This document shows positions 1 to 9,487 of a stretch of DNA of 44,662 nucleotides, piece by piece. Under the pieces are notes generated by a model. The model did not search any database and was not told the origin of the DNA. It saw only the letters and a program-made list of their open reading frames with translations. The DNA comes from an uncultured Candidatus Saccharibacteria bacterium. GTDB taxonomy: Bacteria > Patescibacteriota > Minisyncoccia > Phycocordibacterales > UBA3531. Position 1 is the first letter of the stretch; the number at the start of each line of letters is the position of its first letter. The stretch spans positions 1 through 44,662 of the forward strand of contig CAYIAA010000006.1 of the NCBI GenBank assembly GCA_964361405.1, in the 5' to 3' direction. The position numbers and the translations under genes are program-made.

Positions 1-2
1 CC

Positions 3-107
3 GCCTCTTTGGGTACAGACCAAGGAACCACTTTCACGGTAACTCTGCCCGATCCAACCTACAATGATCGACGGAGAGAGATTAAGGGTTTCCTTCTTGG
101 CCTCTAA
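3..107 (+). CDS. 3' end of a sensor histidine kinase (HATPase_c), partial at window edge
   Basis: Hand translation gives ASLGTDQGTTFTVTLPDPTYNDRRREIKGFLLGL*. GxxxGTTFxVTLP matches the G2 box at the HATPase_c C-terminus. Confidence 0.7.
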   Translation, partial: ASLGTDQGTTFTVTLPDPTYNDRRREIKGFLLGL

Positions 108-128
108 AGCCCCATTCACGGCCATATT

Positions 129-157
129 TTGCAAAACCGCTTTCTTCGTGGCATACT
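129..157 (+). promoter_or_regulatory. sigma70-type promoter for trpS operon
   Basis: TTGCAA-N17-CATACT with extended -10 TG. Confidence 0.55.
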
Positions 158-178
158 TTGAGCCACGGGTTATCCCAT

Positions 179-1222
179 ATGGCGGAAAATGCAGAAAAAC
201 GAAGAGGGGAAGATACAAGGGCTACAATCGTACTCTCAGGCGACCGCCCGACAGGAAAACTTCATCTTGGTCATTTCGTAGGCACCATACAGGGACGCTT
301 GAAACTCCAAGAGAAGTACCGCCAGTTTGTCATGGTTGCGGATATTCAAGCTCTCACCGATAACGCCGAAAATCCAGAAAAAATCAGGGAAAACGTGCTT
401 GAGGTAACACTCGATAACCTCGCCTCTGGAATTGATCCAAAACACTCAACATTTTTCATACAGTCCTTGGTGCCTGAAATCGCAGAACTGACCGTTTTAT
501 TTTTAAACCTGGTCACCGTGGCCCGTCTTGAACGAAATCCAACCGTCAAAGACGAAATGCGACAGAAGGGCTACGGGGGGAATGTGCCGGCGGGATTTCT
601 CACGTATCCGGTCTCGCAGGCGGCAGACATCCTGGCTCCTCGCGCCACCCTTATACCAGTCGGGAAAGACCAAATGCCGATGATTGAACAGACGAATGAA
701 ATCGTGGAAAAATTCAATCGATTGTACCCGTTGAATCCACCTGTTTTCGAACGTGTCGAAGTATTTGCGTCCGACATACCGCTCTTACCGGGAATCGACG
801 GGAAAGCGAAGATGAGTAAATCTCTCAATAACGCCATCTATCTCTCTGATTCCAACGACACAATCCGAGAAAAAGTTATGCAGATGTATACCGACCCAAA
901 CCACATTCATGAAACTGATCCCGGCACCGTGAAAGACAATGTCGTTTTCACGTATCTCGATTTATTCGACACCGACCAGAATCAAGTCCGCGACTTAAAA
1001 AACCGTTACGAAAAAGGGGGATTCGGCGACGTCGCGCTAAAAAATCATCTTATTGAAATATTGACCGCCTTCATCTCTCCTATTAGAGAGCGGAGGGAAT
1101 ATCTCGCAAAACGCCCCGACGACGTGATGGACATACTCCGAAGCGGGACGGAAATCGCGCGCACCGTAGCCGGAAAAACACTCTCCGACGTGAGACGCGC
1201 CATGAACATAAACTATTTCTAG
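179..1222 (+). CDS. trpS: tryptophanyl-tRNA synthetase
   Basis: SGDRPTGKLHLGH (HIGH), YPVSQAADI, PVGKDQ, KMSKS. ATG 179 preferred over TTG 158. Confidence 0.97.
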   Translation: MAENAEKRRGEDTRATIVLSGDRPTGKLHLGHFVGTIQGRLKLQEKYRQFVMVADIQALTDNAENPEKIRENVLEVTLDNLASGIDPKHSTFFIQSLVPEIAELTVLFLNLVTVARLERNPTVKDEMRQKGYGGNVPAGFLTYPVSQAADILAPRATLIPVGKDQMPMIEQTNEIVEKFNRLYPLNPPVFERVEVFASDIPLLPGIDGKAKMSKSLNNAIYLSDSNDTIREKVMQMYTDPNHIHETDPGTVKDNVVFTYLDLFDTDQNQVRDLKNRYEKGGFGDVALKNHLIEILTAFISPIRERREYLAKRPDDVMDILRSGTEIARTVAGKTLSDVRRAMNINYF

Positions 1223-1230
1223 TAACGGCG

Positions 1231-2616
1231 ATGAAACGATCTTTGATTAAGGTGCTCAATGACCAGATTGGAAAAGAGGTATCTATTGCCGGTTGGGTAG
1301 ATGCGCGAAGAGATCATGGAAAGCTCATTTTCATCGAGCTTAGAGACAATGGGGGAATAATCCAAGTGGTCGTGACGCCCGAGCACCCCGAGGCGCATAA
1401 AGCTGCGGGATCTCTCCGGAGTGAGTGGGTTATCGCGGTCACTGGCATCGTTAAAAAAAGGCCTGAAAAAATGGTACAGGGGAACAAAAAAAATGGCGAC
1501 CTTGAAATGGAAGCGGTGGGGATCGAGGTCATCACTATGGCGGAGGAACTACCTTTTGAGAAAGATACTGAACTCAACCTTGACACCTATCTTGACCATC
1601 TCCCGCTCACGCTCCGGAGTGAACGTTCGCGCGATATCTTCACCGTACAGGCCGCGATCGTGAGAGCATTTCGCGAAAGCATGCACTCACAAGGCTTCAT
1701 TGAATACCAAAACCCAGTACTCGTCGGCAGTGATGGAGAGGGTGGCGCGGCTGCATTCTCCGTCAACTATTACGAAGGGCATAAAGCCCTGCTTGCAACG
1801 AGCCCACAACTCTACAAGCAGATCATGGTCGGAGTATTTGAGCGCGTATACACGACTGCGAAAGTGTTCCGGGCTGAAAAACACGCAACGACACGGCACT
1901 TGAGTGAAGTCCTCCAGATGGACTTCGAAATGGGGTTCATCGAGAGTCATCGGGATGTGATGGAGGTGCTTGAGGCCACGATGCGGAGTATTACCACCGT
2001 AGTTTCAAATGAGTGCGCACCCATACTTGTACGCTTCAATATACCCGCTCCGCTTATCCCAGAATCCTTTCCCGTGCTCACGCTTGGGGAGGCCCAGAAT
2101 ATTCTTGAGAATGAATTCGGAATCACGTGTGCCGGTGAACCCGACCTCGACCCGGAGCAAGAACGAACGCTCTCCGAGTGGGCCCGGCAGAAACACCAGT
2201 CGGATTTTCTCTTTATCACGCACTTTCCGAATGAAAAACGCCCCTTCTATACCTACCATGAGCCGGACCAACCCGGGTTTAGCAGAAGCTTCGACCTCCT
2301 CTTTCGGGGGGTGGAGATAAACAGCGGAAGCCAGAGGGTTCACGACTACCACGAACTTGTGGAAAGAATGAAAGAACGAGGACTCGACCCAAACGTATTC
2401 TCATTTTATCTGGAAGCGTTCCGAAGCGGCATGCCGCCGCACGGGGGATGCTCGACCGGACTTGAACGCTTGACCGCAAAAATGCTCGGACTTAAAAACG
2501 TGAAAGAGGCAACGCTTTTTCCGCGGGATATCAATAGGATTGATCGACTTTTGAGTGACTCGCCTATAGCATCGCCCACAGAGCTACTGCCGAGGGGGCT
2601 ACGCCCGAGGGAGTAG
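1231..2616 (+). CDS. aspS: aspartyl-tRNA synthetase, short archaeal-like type without GAD insert (probably non-discriminating)
   Basis: OB-fold GWVDARRDHGKLIFIELRD, LATSPQLYKQ, motif 2 FRAEKH, motif 3 GMPPHGG..GLERL, FPRD. Confidence 0.92.
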   Translation: MKRSLIKVLNDQIGKEVSIAGWVDARRDHGKLIFIELRDNGGIIQVVVTPEHPEAHKAAGSLRSEWVIAVTGIVKKRPEKMVQGNKKNGDLEMEAVGIEVITMAEELPFEKDTELNLDTYLDHLPLTLRSERSRDIFTVQAAIVRAFRESMHSQGFIEYQNPVLVGSDGEGGAAAFSVNYYEGHKALLATSPQLYKQIMVGVFERVYTTAKVFRAEKHATTRHLSEVLQMDFEMGFIESHRDVMEVLEATMRSITTVVSNECAPILVRFNIPAPLIPESFPVLTLGEAQNILENEFGITCAGEPDLDPEQERTLSEWARQKHQSDFLFITHFPNEKRPFYTYHEPDQPGFSRSFDLLFRGVEINSGSQRVHDYHELVERMKERGLDPNVFSFYLEAFRSGMPPHGGCSTGLERLTAKMLGLKNVKEATLFPRDINRIDRLLSDSPIASPTELLPRGLRPRE

Positions 2617-2624
2617 CGCTGTGG
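2576..2624. repeat. REP-like imperfect palindrome spanning the aspS stop and scpA start
   Basis: CCACAGAGCTACT / AGTAGCGCTGTGG 13-bp stem with 1 mismatch, inner GGGC-TAC-GCCC hairpin, CTAC...GTAG feet. Confidence 0.7.
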
Positions 2625-3367
2625 TTAATACACTTTCGGTCGAATCGCATACACATCCACCCTACCGGATTAAAACTCCAGAGTTCGAAGGCCCCATTGA
2701 GCTTCTCCTCAATCTCATTGAAGAGAAAAAGCTTGCGGTCTCCAAGGTCTCGCTCGCAGAGGTTGCCGACGGGTTCATTCACCATCTCGAAACCAGGACA
2801 ACACTTCCACTTGCCGAAGTCGCCGGGTTTATCTATGTTGCCTCTATTCTTATCCTTATAAAGTCACACGCACTCCTGCCGACGCTTCCAATTACCCCCC
2901 TAGAGGAGGGGAGTATCTATGAACTTGAAAAACGACTTATACAGTATAAAAAAATTCGAGACCTCGGAGTCCTTTTCAGCGAACGCTTCGACCGAGAGAT
3001 AATCAGCGGACGAAACCATGAAGAATATCCGGAACCGCTCTTCTCTCCGGGGAGTACGCTTACCCAGGAATTCCTTCGTGACGGACTCCGTACACTTCTC
3101 GGCAACTTTGAAAAACCTGAAACACCTCGCACGGTCGTGATAGAGAATATCATCTCACTCAAAGAGTTAATTGAGCGCATGACCGAAAGGATACAGGAAC
3201 ATGCGGTGTTGAGCTTTCGCGAGACCTCGGCGGGCACCGGACTCGGGAGAGAACAAAAATTGAACATTATCGTACATCTCCTCGCAGTGCTCGAACTCGT
3301 AAAACAGGGCGTCGTGACGGTAACCCAAGGCCGTGAATTTGAAGATATTAGCATCCATCGCGTATGA
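2621..3367 (+). CDS. scpA: segregation and condensation protein A
   Basis: FEGPIELLLNLI N-terminal motif, LLAVLELVKQG C-terminal motif, directly upstream of scpB. Confidence 0.93.
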   Translation: MVNTLSVESHTHPPYRIKTPEFEGPIELLLNLIEEKKLAVSKVSLAEVADGFIHHLETRTTLPLAEVAGFIYVASILILIKSHALLPTLPITPLEEGSIYELEKRLIQYKKIRDLGVLFSERFDREIISGRNHEEYPEPLFSPGSTLTQEFLRDGLRTLLGNFEKPETPRTVVIENIISLKELIERMTERIQEHAVLSFRETSAGTGLGREQKLNIIVHLLAVLELVKQGVVTVTQGREFEDISIHRV

Positions 3368-3909
3368 ACCTCGAAAAACGCATTGAAGCCGTACTTTTTT
3401 CCCGTGGTGAGCCGCTCACTCTCGACGATCTCGCCGGAATACTTGAGAGCGACAAAGAAAGTGTCCGAAGCGCCATCCGAGACCTCTCCCAATCTCTCAA
3501 AGAGAGAGGAGTGACGATACTCGAACATGACGACACCGTTATGATGGGGACTTCGCCCCTCGCATCAGATGACATACGAAAAGCCCTTGCAATCGATTTC
3601 ACGGATGAACTCACCAAAGCGGCGCTCGAAACACTCACGCTCGTCGCGTATCGCGGTCCACTTGGGAAAAGTGAAATCGATTTTATCCGCGGGGTTAATT
3701 CGCATTTCATTTTACGAAACTTGATGGTACGAGGACTGATTAACCGCGTGGAAAATCCAACCGACAAAAGAGGGTATCTCTACCAGATAACGCTTGAACT
3801 TTTAGCGCACCTCGGCATATCGAAGGTAGAAGAACTACCCGAGTACGAAAACTATCGGAAAGAACTTAAGGAATCTCTCGAACACGCATCTCAACATGGA
3901 ACGCTCTAA
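3364..3909 (+). CDS. scpB: segregation and condensation protein B
   Basis: IEAVLFSRGEPL, LTKAALETLTLVAY, IDFIRGVNS. Confidence 0.95.
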   Translation: MNLEKRIEAVLFSRGEPLTLDDLAGILESDKESVRSAIRDLSQSLKERGVTILEHDDTVMMGTSPLASDDIRKALAIDFTDELTKAALETLTLVAYRGPLGKSEIDFIRGVNSHFILRNLMVRGLINRVENPTDKRGYLYQITLELLAHLGISKVEELPEYENYRKELKESLEHASQHGTL

Positions 3910-4828
3910 AATCATATCGATTATTTCGCCTCTCGTACTCGTCGCTTCGGTATATGGGGTTGTGTATGCCAGCACTCATTTTTTGGAACCAAAACCTGTT
4001 GCCACCCCTTCCATAGAGCCGAGCACCCCGAGAGAGACCGCGGAAGGGCTTCATCGAAACGTATTCGATGGCATTGTGCTTTCCGCAAAAAGCGCGGCTG
4101 TCGTAGACCTCCGGGACGGTGCGCTTATTTTTGGACACAACGAAAAAGCACAGCTTCCACTCGCATCACTCGTAAAATTAATGACGCTTGCTACATTCCC
4201 GAGCGACCAAGAAGAAAGTACGATTACCATAGTGGAGAATTCGCTCGCTCAAGAAGGCAATAGCGGTCTCTCTCTGGGGGAGAGGTGGGACCCAAAAAAT
4301 TTAATGGCCTTAACACTTCTTAGTTCTTCGAATGATGGGGCACACGCTCTTGCCAAGAAGGGGGAGTCTGAAGAGGGTAATTTTACCCTGCGCATGAATG
4401 AAAAGGCGAAAGAGCTTAGTCTCGAACAAACCTATTTCCTGAATCCTACCGGTCTTGACCAGGGATTAGAGCTCGGTGGCGCTTATGGGTCGGCTCTCGA
4501 TATGGTGAAGCTCATGAAAGAAGTTCTTATCATGCGTCCTAAAATCCTTGAGGCAACGCGCTATGCGTCTATCGCTATTCCGAGAGAAAGAAATACCGAT
4601 ATAGTGGTAAGAAATACGAATGCGGCGGTTGAGAGTCTCCCCGGCATTATCGCGTCAAAGACAGGGTTCACGGATGCCGCGGGAGGGAATTTGGTCGTGG
4701 TAATTGAAGTGGGGCCGGGAAGACCTGTCGGAATCGCCGTCCTCGGTGCATCTCTCGAGGGCAGGTTTAGTGATGTGGAATCGCTCGCCTGGGCCCTTCT
4801 AAAGTACGTAGGAGAAGAGGGTAAGTGA
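3896..4828 (+). CDS. D-alanyl-D-alanine carboxypeptidase (peptidase S11)
   Basis: SxxK (ASLVK), SxN (SSN), NPTGL, KTGFT; N-terminal TM. Confidence 0.9.
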   Translation: MERSKIISIISPLVLVASVYGVVYASTHFLEPKPVATPSIEPSTPRETAEGLHRNVFDGIVLSAKSAAVVDLRDGALIFGHNEKAQLPLASLVKLMTLATFPSDQEESTITIVENSLAQEGNSGLSLGERWDPKNLMALTLLSSSNDGAHALAKKGESEEGNFTLRMNEKAKELSLEQTYFLNPTGLDQGLELGGAYGSALDMVKLMKEVLIMRPKILEATRYASIAIPRERNTDIVVRNTNAAVESLPGIIASKTGFTDAAGGNLVVVIEVGPGRPVGIAVLGASLEGRFSDVESLAWALLKYVGEEGK

Positions 4829-4837
4829 TAGGATAGT

Positions 4838-5902
4838 ATGGTGCCACTCAACCTCATCAAAATTTTTATCCCCGCTACGGTAGCGTTCATGATTGGCATC
4901 GGAATCACGCCCTTTGTCACCCACTATCTCTATAAGTACCGGATGTGGAAAAAAAAGGCCCGAACGGAAGCCTTGGGCGGGGGAGGGACTCCTATTTTTA
5001 ACGCCCTTCATCGCGATAAAGAAGTTGGCACACCACGTATGGGCGGCATCATTATCTGGGTAAGCGTACTCTTCACCACGCTTTTTTTCTTTATCATCGC
5101 AAAGGTGTTCCCTTCAGTCACATCTGAGAAAATTAACTTTCTTTCCGTAAACCAAACCTTACTCCCGCTTGCGACCCTTCTTGCGGCTGCGACAGTCGGG
5201 TTAATCGATGACTTTCTGCAAGTGTACGGCAAAGGCACCTATGTCGCAGGCGGTCTCTCACTTTCGCGAAGAATACTTCTTGTTGCAATAATTGCGTTCA
5301 TCGGAGCATGGTGGTTTTATGTCAAACTCGAGGTGAGCGCGGTTATGGTCCCATTTGTTGGAGAAATTGAACTCGGATTTTTCTTTATTCCGTTTTTTAT
5401 CACCGTCATGGTTGCTCTTTTTTCTGGAGGAGTGATTGACGGGATTGATGGCCTCGCAGGGGGCATTATGTCGGCAATTTTTGCTGCCTACGCCGGTATC
5501 GCCTTTTTCCAAAACCAGATGGACATCGCGGCTTTCTCGAGCGTCATTGCGGGTGGTATTCTGGCATTTCTCTGGTTCAACATCCCTCCGGCGCGTTTCT
5601 ATATGGGCGAGACGGGGATGATGGGCCTCACCTCCGTCCTTGCAGTGATTGCATTCTTAACCGACGCCGTGCCAGCCCTCCTTATCATTGCATTCCCACT
5701 CTTTCTTGCTTCTGCCTCCGTCATCCTGCAACTCATTTCAAAAAAACTTCGTAACGGAAAAAAAATATTCCTTGTAGCGCCGATCCACCACCACTTCGAA
5801 GCCCTCGGGTGGCCACCGTATAAAGTGAGCATGCGGTTTTGGGTCATCAGTATCGTCTCAGCAATCGTTGGCATGGCCATCACGGTATCGGGACTTCCTT
5901 AA
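4838..5902 (+). CDS. mraY: phospho-N-acetylmuramoyl-pentapeptide transferase
   Basis: GTPRMGG, GLIDD, DGIDGLA, YMGETG, APIHHHFE; multi-TM. Confidence 0.95.
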   Translation: MVPLNLIKIFIPATVAFMIGIGITPFVTHYLYKYRMWKKKARTEALGGGGTPIFNALHRDKEVGTPRMGGIIIWVSVLFTTLFFFIIAKVFPSVTSEKINFLSVNQTLLPLATLLAAATVGLIDDFLQVYGKGTYVAGGLSLSRRILLVAIIAFIGAWWFYVKLEVSAVMVPFVGEIELGFFFIPFFITVMVALFSGGVIDGIDGLAGGIMSAIFAAYAGIAFFQNQMDIAAFSSVIAGGILAFLWFNIPPARFYMGETGMMGLTSVLAVIAFLTDAVPALLIIAFPLFLASASVILQLISKKLRNGKKIFLVAPIHHHFEALGWPPYKVSMRFWVISIVSAIVGMAITVSGLP

Positions 5903-5908
5903 ATAATC

Positions 5909-6994
5909 ATGAGGAATTTCAATCGTCCCCTCCTTGTAACGCTCATTATCCTTATCCTCGGGGGCTTTTTCATCTTTACCTCCGCATCCCTCGGCCTTCT
6001 TGCCCGAGAAGACGCCAGCGTAGTGCCTAATCTCATTTACCAACTCACTGCCGCACTCCTCGGCACCGCTTTTCTCATCGGCGCATCAAAGCTGAACTAT
6101 CATCTGTGGCAAAAGTATTCGATTTTCATTTTCGTTTTAGCCCTCCTCCTCACCGCAAGTGTATTCATTCCCGGTTTTGGGATTGAACACGGAGGAGCCC
6201 GACGATGGATTCCCATAGGACCCCTTTCATTTCAACCGGCTGAATTCCTCAAACTCGGTTTCGTCCTCTACTTCGCGGCGTGCGCCGCTAAAGGAATGGA
6301 AAGGCCCTTGGGCAGTGGACCTTCTCTCATAGCACTCCTCGCGCTTGCGGGGGTTGTGCTTCTCTTCCAGCCAAACACCAGTATTCTTGTCATCATGTCA
6401 CTTGCGGGACTTGCGATGTTTTTCGTAAGCGGAGCAAAAAAAAGACATTTAGCGATACTGTGTTGTATCGGACTACTTGGTTTTCTCCTCCTTGCCTATG
6501 AGCGGCCCTACATCAAAGACCGCATCCTGACATTTTGGAAATTTGAAGAATCAAACCTCCTCGACGAAGGTTACCAAATTGATCAGTCACTCATCGCAAT
6601 CGGTTCCGGCGGTTTTATGGGACGGGGGTTTGGACAAAGCATCCAAAAATTCGGCTACTTGCCAGAGCCGATTGGAGACTCCATATTCGCCGTTGCCGCT
6701 GAAGAATTCGGATTTATTGGGAGTGCACTTATCGTCATTGTACTTACTGTCTTTGCCGTGATTGGACTTCGGATAGCATCTCACGCGACCGACGCATACG
6801 GTAGACTCGTTGTTATAGGGATTGTTATACTGATTACATCGCAGTCCCTCTTAAATATCGCCGCAATGACGGGACTTGCGCCGCTCTCCGGTATTCCTAT
6901 TGTGTTTATGAGTAAAGGCGGGACGGCGCTCGTTTTTGCTCTTCTTGAGGTCGGTATTATGCTCAATGTTTCGAAATATCAAAAGCTGACATGA
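5909..6994 (+). CDS. ftsW: SEDS family peptidoglycan polymerase FtsW
   Basis: GARRWI, FQPAEFLK, GYQIDQSLIAIGSGG, YLPEPIGDSIF; between mraY and murG. Confidence 0.9.
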   Translation: MRNFNRPLLVTLIILILGGFFIFTSASLGLLAREDASVVPNLIYQLTAALLGTAFLIGASKLNYHLWQKYSIFIFVLALLLTASVFIPGFGIEHGGARRWIPIGPLSFQPAEFLKLGFVLYFAACAAKGMERPLGSGPSLIALLALAGVVLLFQPNTSILVIMSLAGLAMFFVSGAKKRHLAILCCIGLLGFLLLAYERPYIKDRILTFWKFEESNLLDEGYQIDQSLIAIGSGGFMGRGFGQSIQKFGYLPEPIGDSIFAVAAEEFGFIGSALIVIVLTVFAVIGLRIASHATDAYGRLVVIGIVILITSQSLLNIAAMTGLAPLSGIPIVFMSKGGTALVFALLEVGIMLNVSKYQKLT

Positions 6995-8124
6995 GAATAC
7001 TATTCACGGGCGGAGGATCCGGCGGGCATTTTTATCCTATTATCGCCATCGCCGAAGCACTTCGTGCGAAAGTCGAAGAGGAGAAAATCACTGGGCTGAA
7101 ACTTTATTTTATGTCGACGAGCCCTTATGACCCGGAACAGCTCTTGCGTCACCAAATTATCTACAAAAGAAATACCGCAGGGAAAATGCGCCTCTATTTC
7201 TCACTTTTGAATTTCACAGATTTTTTCAGAATGGTGTGGGGAACTCTTACCGCGCTCGTCTCGGTTTTTCTTCTTTACCCCGATGTCGTTGTCGGAAAAG
7301 GAGGATATGCAAGTTTTCCGGCACTATTTGCAGCTCGAATTTTTGGGATTCCTGTTGTAATTCACGAGTCGGATACTGTGCCAGGAAAGGTCAATCGGTG
7401 GGCGGGAAAATTCGCGGAGAGAATCGCACTCTCTTACAAAGCGGCATATCGATATTTCCCCGAAAAAAAGACGGCGGTAACTGGGCACCCAATACGACTC
7501 GCGCTCCGAGAAGGAATAGATCGCGCGAGCGCTCTCCACCTATTCAGTGAAAGCGGAAATACGACACCCGTCATCCTTGTTATCGGAGGTTCGCAAGGAT
7601 CTCAACTCATAAACGATATTATGCTTGATATACTTCCACGGCTTCTCGAGCATTACGTCATTATACACCAGACAGGGAGAGCGCATTTTAACTCGATAAA
7701 AAGCCGCGCCCGAGTGGTTCTCGAAAACGTCAAAGCCGCTCCACATTATCATCTGTACCCGTATTTAAATGATGAGGTGTACCGAGCCGCGGGCAGCGCG
7801 GCCTCTCTCGCGATATCCCGGGCCGGTTCAGGGCTCTTCGAGCTTGCAAACTTCGGAATCCCAACTATCGTGGTGCCGATTACCGTCTCTGCGGGTAACC
7901 ACCAGCAAAAAAACGCTCTTTCGTTTGCGGAGGACGGCGCAAGCATTATTATCGAAGAACCAAACTTTACCGGGAACCTGCTTCTTTCCGAAATTGATCG
8001 GATATTTAAGGATACAAAGGAATATGTGCGCATGAAGGATGCGGCTCGTTTAAGGGTAAACCCCGGTGCGGCAACGCAGATCGCGGACGAAATCGTTTCT
8101 TTGGCACTTCTGCATGAAAACTGA
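6991..8124 (+). CDS. murG: undecaprenyl-PP-MurNAc-pentapeptide GlcNAc transferase
   Basis: TGGGSGGHFYP, GGYASFP, HESD, GGSQGS, SRAG, HQQKNA. Confidence 0.96.
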   Translation: MRILFTGGGSGGHFYPIIAIAEALRAKVEEEKITGLKLYFMSTSPYDPEQLLRHQIIYKRNTAGKMRLYFSLLNFTDFFRMVWGTLTALVSVFLLYPDVVVGKGGYASFPALFAARIFGIPVVIHESDTVPGKVNRWAGKFAERIALSYKAAYRYFPEKKTAVTGHPIRLALREGIDRASALHLFSESGNTTPVILVIGGSQGSQLINDIMLDILPRLLEHYVIIHQTGRAHFNSIKSRARVVLENVKAAPHYHLYPYLNDEVYRAAGSAASLAISRAGSGLFELANFGIPTIVVPITVSAGNHQQKNALSFAEDGASIIIEEPNFTGNLLLSEIDRIFKDTKEYVRMKDAARLRVNPGAATQIADEIVSLALLHEN

Positions 8125-9487
8125 TTCAGCCTGCCTGCCGGCCAGGCAGGCCATGCCTACCGGCAGGCAGGTCGTTGTCCGCTTTGCCCCGAGTCCGACG
8201 GGCAATCTGCATATTGGGGGAGTTCGAACCGCACTTTACAATTTTCTCCACGCCCGAAAACACGGCGGCACGTTTATTCTTCGAATCGAGGATACCGACC
8301 GCGCGCGGTCACGCCCGGAATACGAGCGTGATATTTTAGAAAGCCTCGCATGGCTTGGCCTTTCTCACGATGCACTCTTTCGACAATCCGAGCGGCAAGC
8401 GATATACCGTAGCCATATCGAACGGCTCCTCGGCAAAGATATGGCATACGTAAGCGAGGAATTAAAGGATGGCATAGCGAGCTCGGTCATACGGTTCAGA
8501 AACCCTAAAAAGAGTGTTACCTTTGAGGACACTTTGCGCGGTCCCATAGCAGAAGATACAGAAGATCTGGGTGACTTTGTCATTGCTCGGGACCTTGATC
8601 AACCACTCTATCACCTTGCCGCCGTAATCGACGACTTTGAGACAGGGGTTACCCATGTAATCCGCGGTGAAGACGGCATATCGAATACCGCTCGTCAGAT
8701 ACTTCTCCAAGAGTCCCTTCAAGCCCCGCGGCCAATCTATACGCATATACCCTTAATTCTTGCCAAAGATCGCTCTAAACTCTCCAAACGCCATGGTGCC
8801 GTCTCGGCGAGTGAGTTGAAAAAAGAAGGATATTTACCTGAAGCGGTCATAAATTTTTTGGCGCTCCTCGGATGGCATCCGAAAGGGGATATGGAGTTAT
8901 TCTCAATCAATGAACTTATAGAAGAGTTTTCGCTTGAGCGAGTTCAAAAAGGAGGAGCGGTATTCGACACAGAGAAACTCAAGTGGCTTAACCGTGAATA
9001 CCTCCGTAAACTCGACCCTACGACGTTCCGAAAAGAGGCAATCGAGTACGTGCCGAAGAGTCTGCGAGAAAGCGCCAAGGCTGACCGACTCTCGGCCCTA
9101 CTTGACTCCCTCCGAGAGAGAATCAGCGTCTTTAGCGAGATAACCACTATGGGCGAGGCAGGAGAGCTTACCTACTACGTTCAAAAACCAGTCTATGACA
9201 AATCCATACTCCTTCGCGAAAGTGAAGAAGTTAAGAAAGTGACCCTCCATTTAGAAAAACTTGGGAAAATTCTCGGCTCAATCACTCCGGAACAATTTAA
9301 CGCAAAGAATATCCGTGAGTCCGTAATGCCATATGCTGAACAAGAAGGAAGAGGGAAGGTGTTGTGGCCTTTTCGTGTTGCGCTCACGGGAAAGATTCAA
9401 TCACCCGACCCATTCAGCATCTGTGAAATCCTTGGTAAGGAGGAGTCCCTTCTACGCCTCAATGAAGCACAAACATATATCGAGTAG
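8114..9487 (+). CDS. gltX: glutamyl-tRNA synthetase
   Basis: RFAPSPTGNLHIGG, LRIEDTD, VIRGED, KLSKR. Start is ATG 8114 (overlapping the murG stop) or ATG 8153. Confidence 0.96.
   Translation: MKTDSACLPARQAMPTGRQVVVRFAPSPTGNLHIGGVRTALYNFLHARKHGGTFILRIEDTDRARSRPEYERDILESLAWLGLSHDALFRQSERQAIYRSHIERLLGKDMAYVSEELKDGIASSVIRFRNPKKSVTFEDTLRGPIAEDTEDLGDFVIARDLDQPLYHLAAVIDDFETGVTHVIRGEDGISNTARQILLQESLQAPRPIYTHIPLILAKDRSKLSKRHGAVSASELKKEGYLPEAVINFLALLGWHPKGDMELFSINELIEEFSLERVQKGGAVFDTEKLKWLNREYLRKLDPTTFRKEAIEYVPKSLRESAKADRLSALLDSLRERISVFSEITTMGEAGELTYYVQKPVYDKSILLRESEEVKKVTLHLEKLGKILGSITPEQFNAKNIRESVMPYAEQEGRGKVLWPFRVALTGKIQSPDPFSICEILGKEESLLRLNEAQTYIE
8130..8171. repeat. two tandem 21-nt variants of the CCTGCCTGCCGGCAGGCAGG palindrome at the gltX N-terminus
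   Basis: CCTGCCTGCCGGCCAGGCAGG (8130-8150) plus CCATGCCTACCGGCAGGCAGG (8151-8171), compared with the perfect copy at 22599-22618. Confidence 0.85.

Noticed and set aside
2917-3528. Long antisense ORFs (also 35452-36069 and 40496-41176)
   Set aside because: They are shadows of well-supported genes, with no motifs or expression signals.
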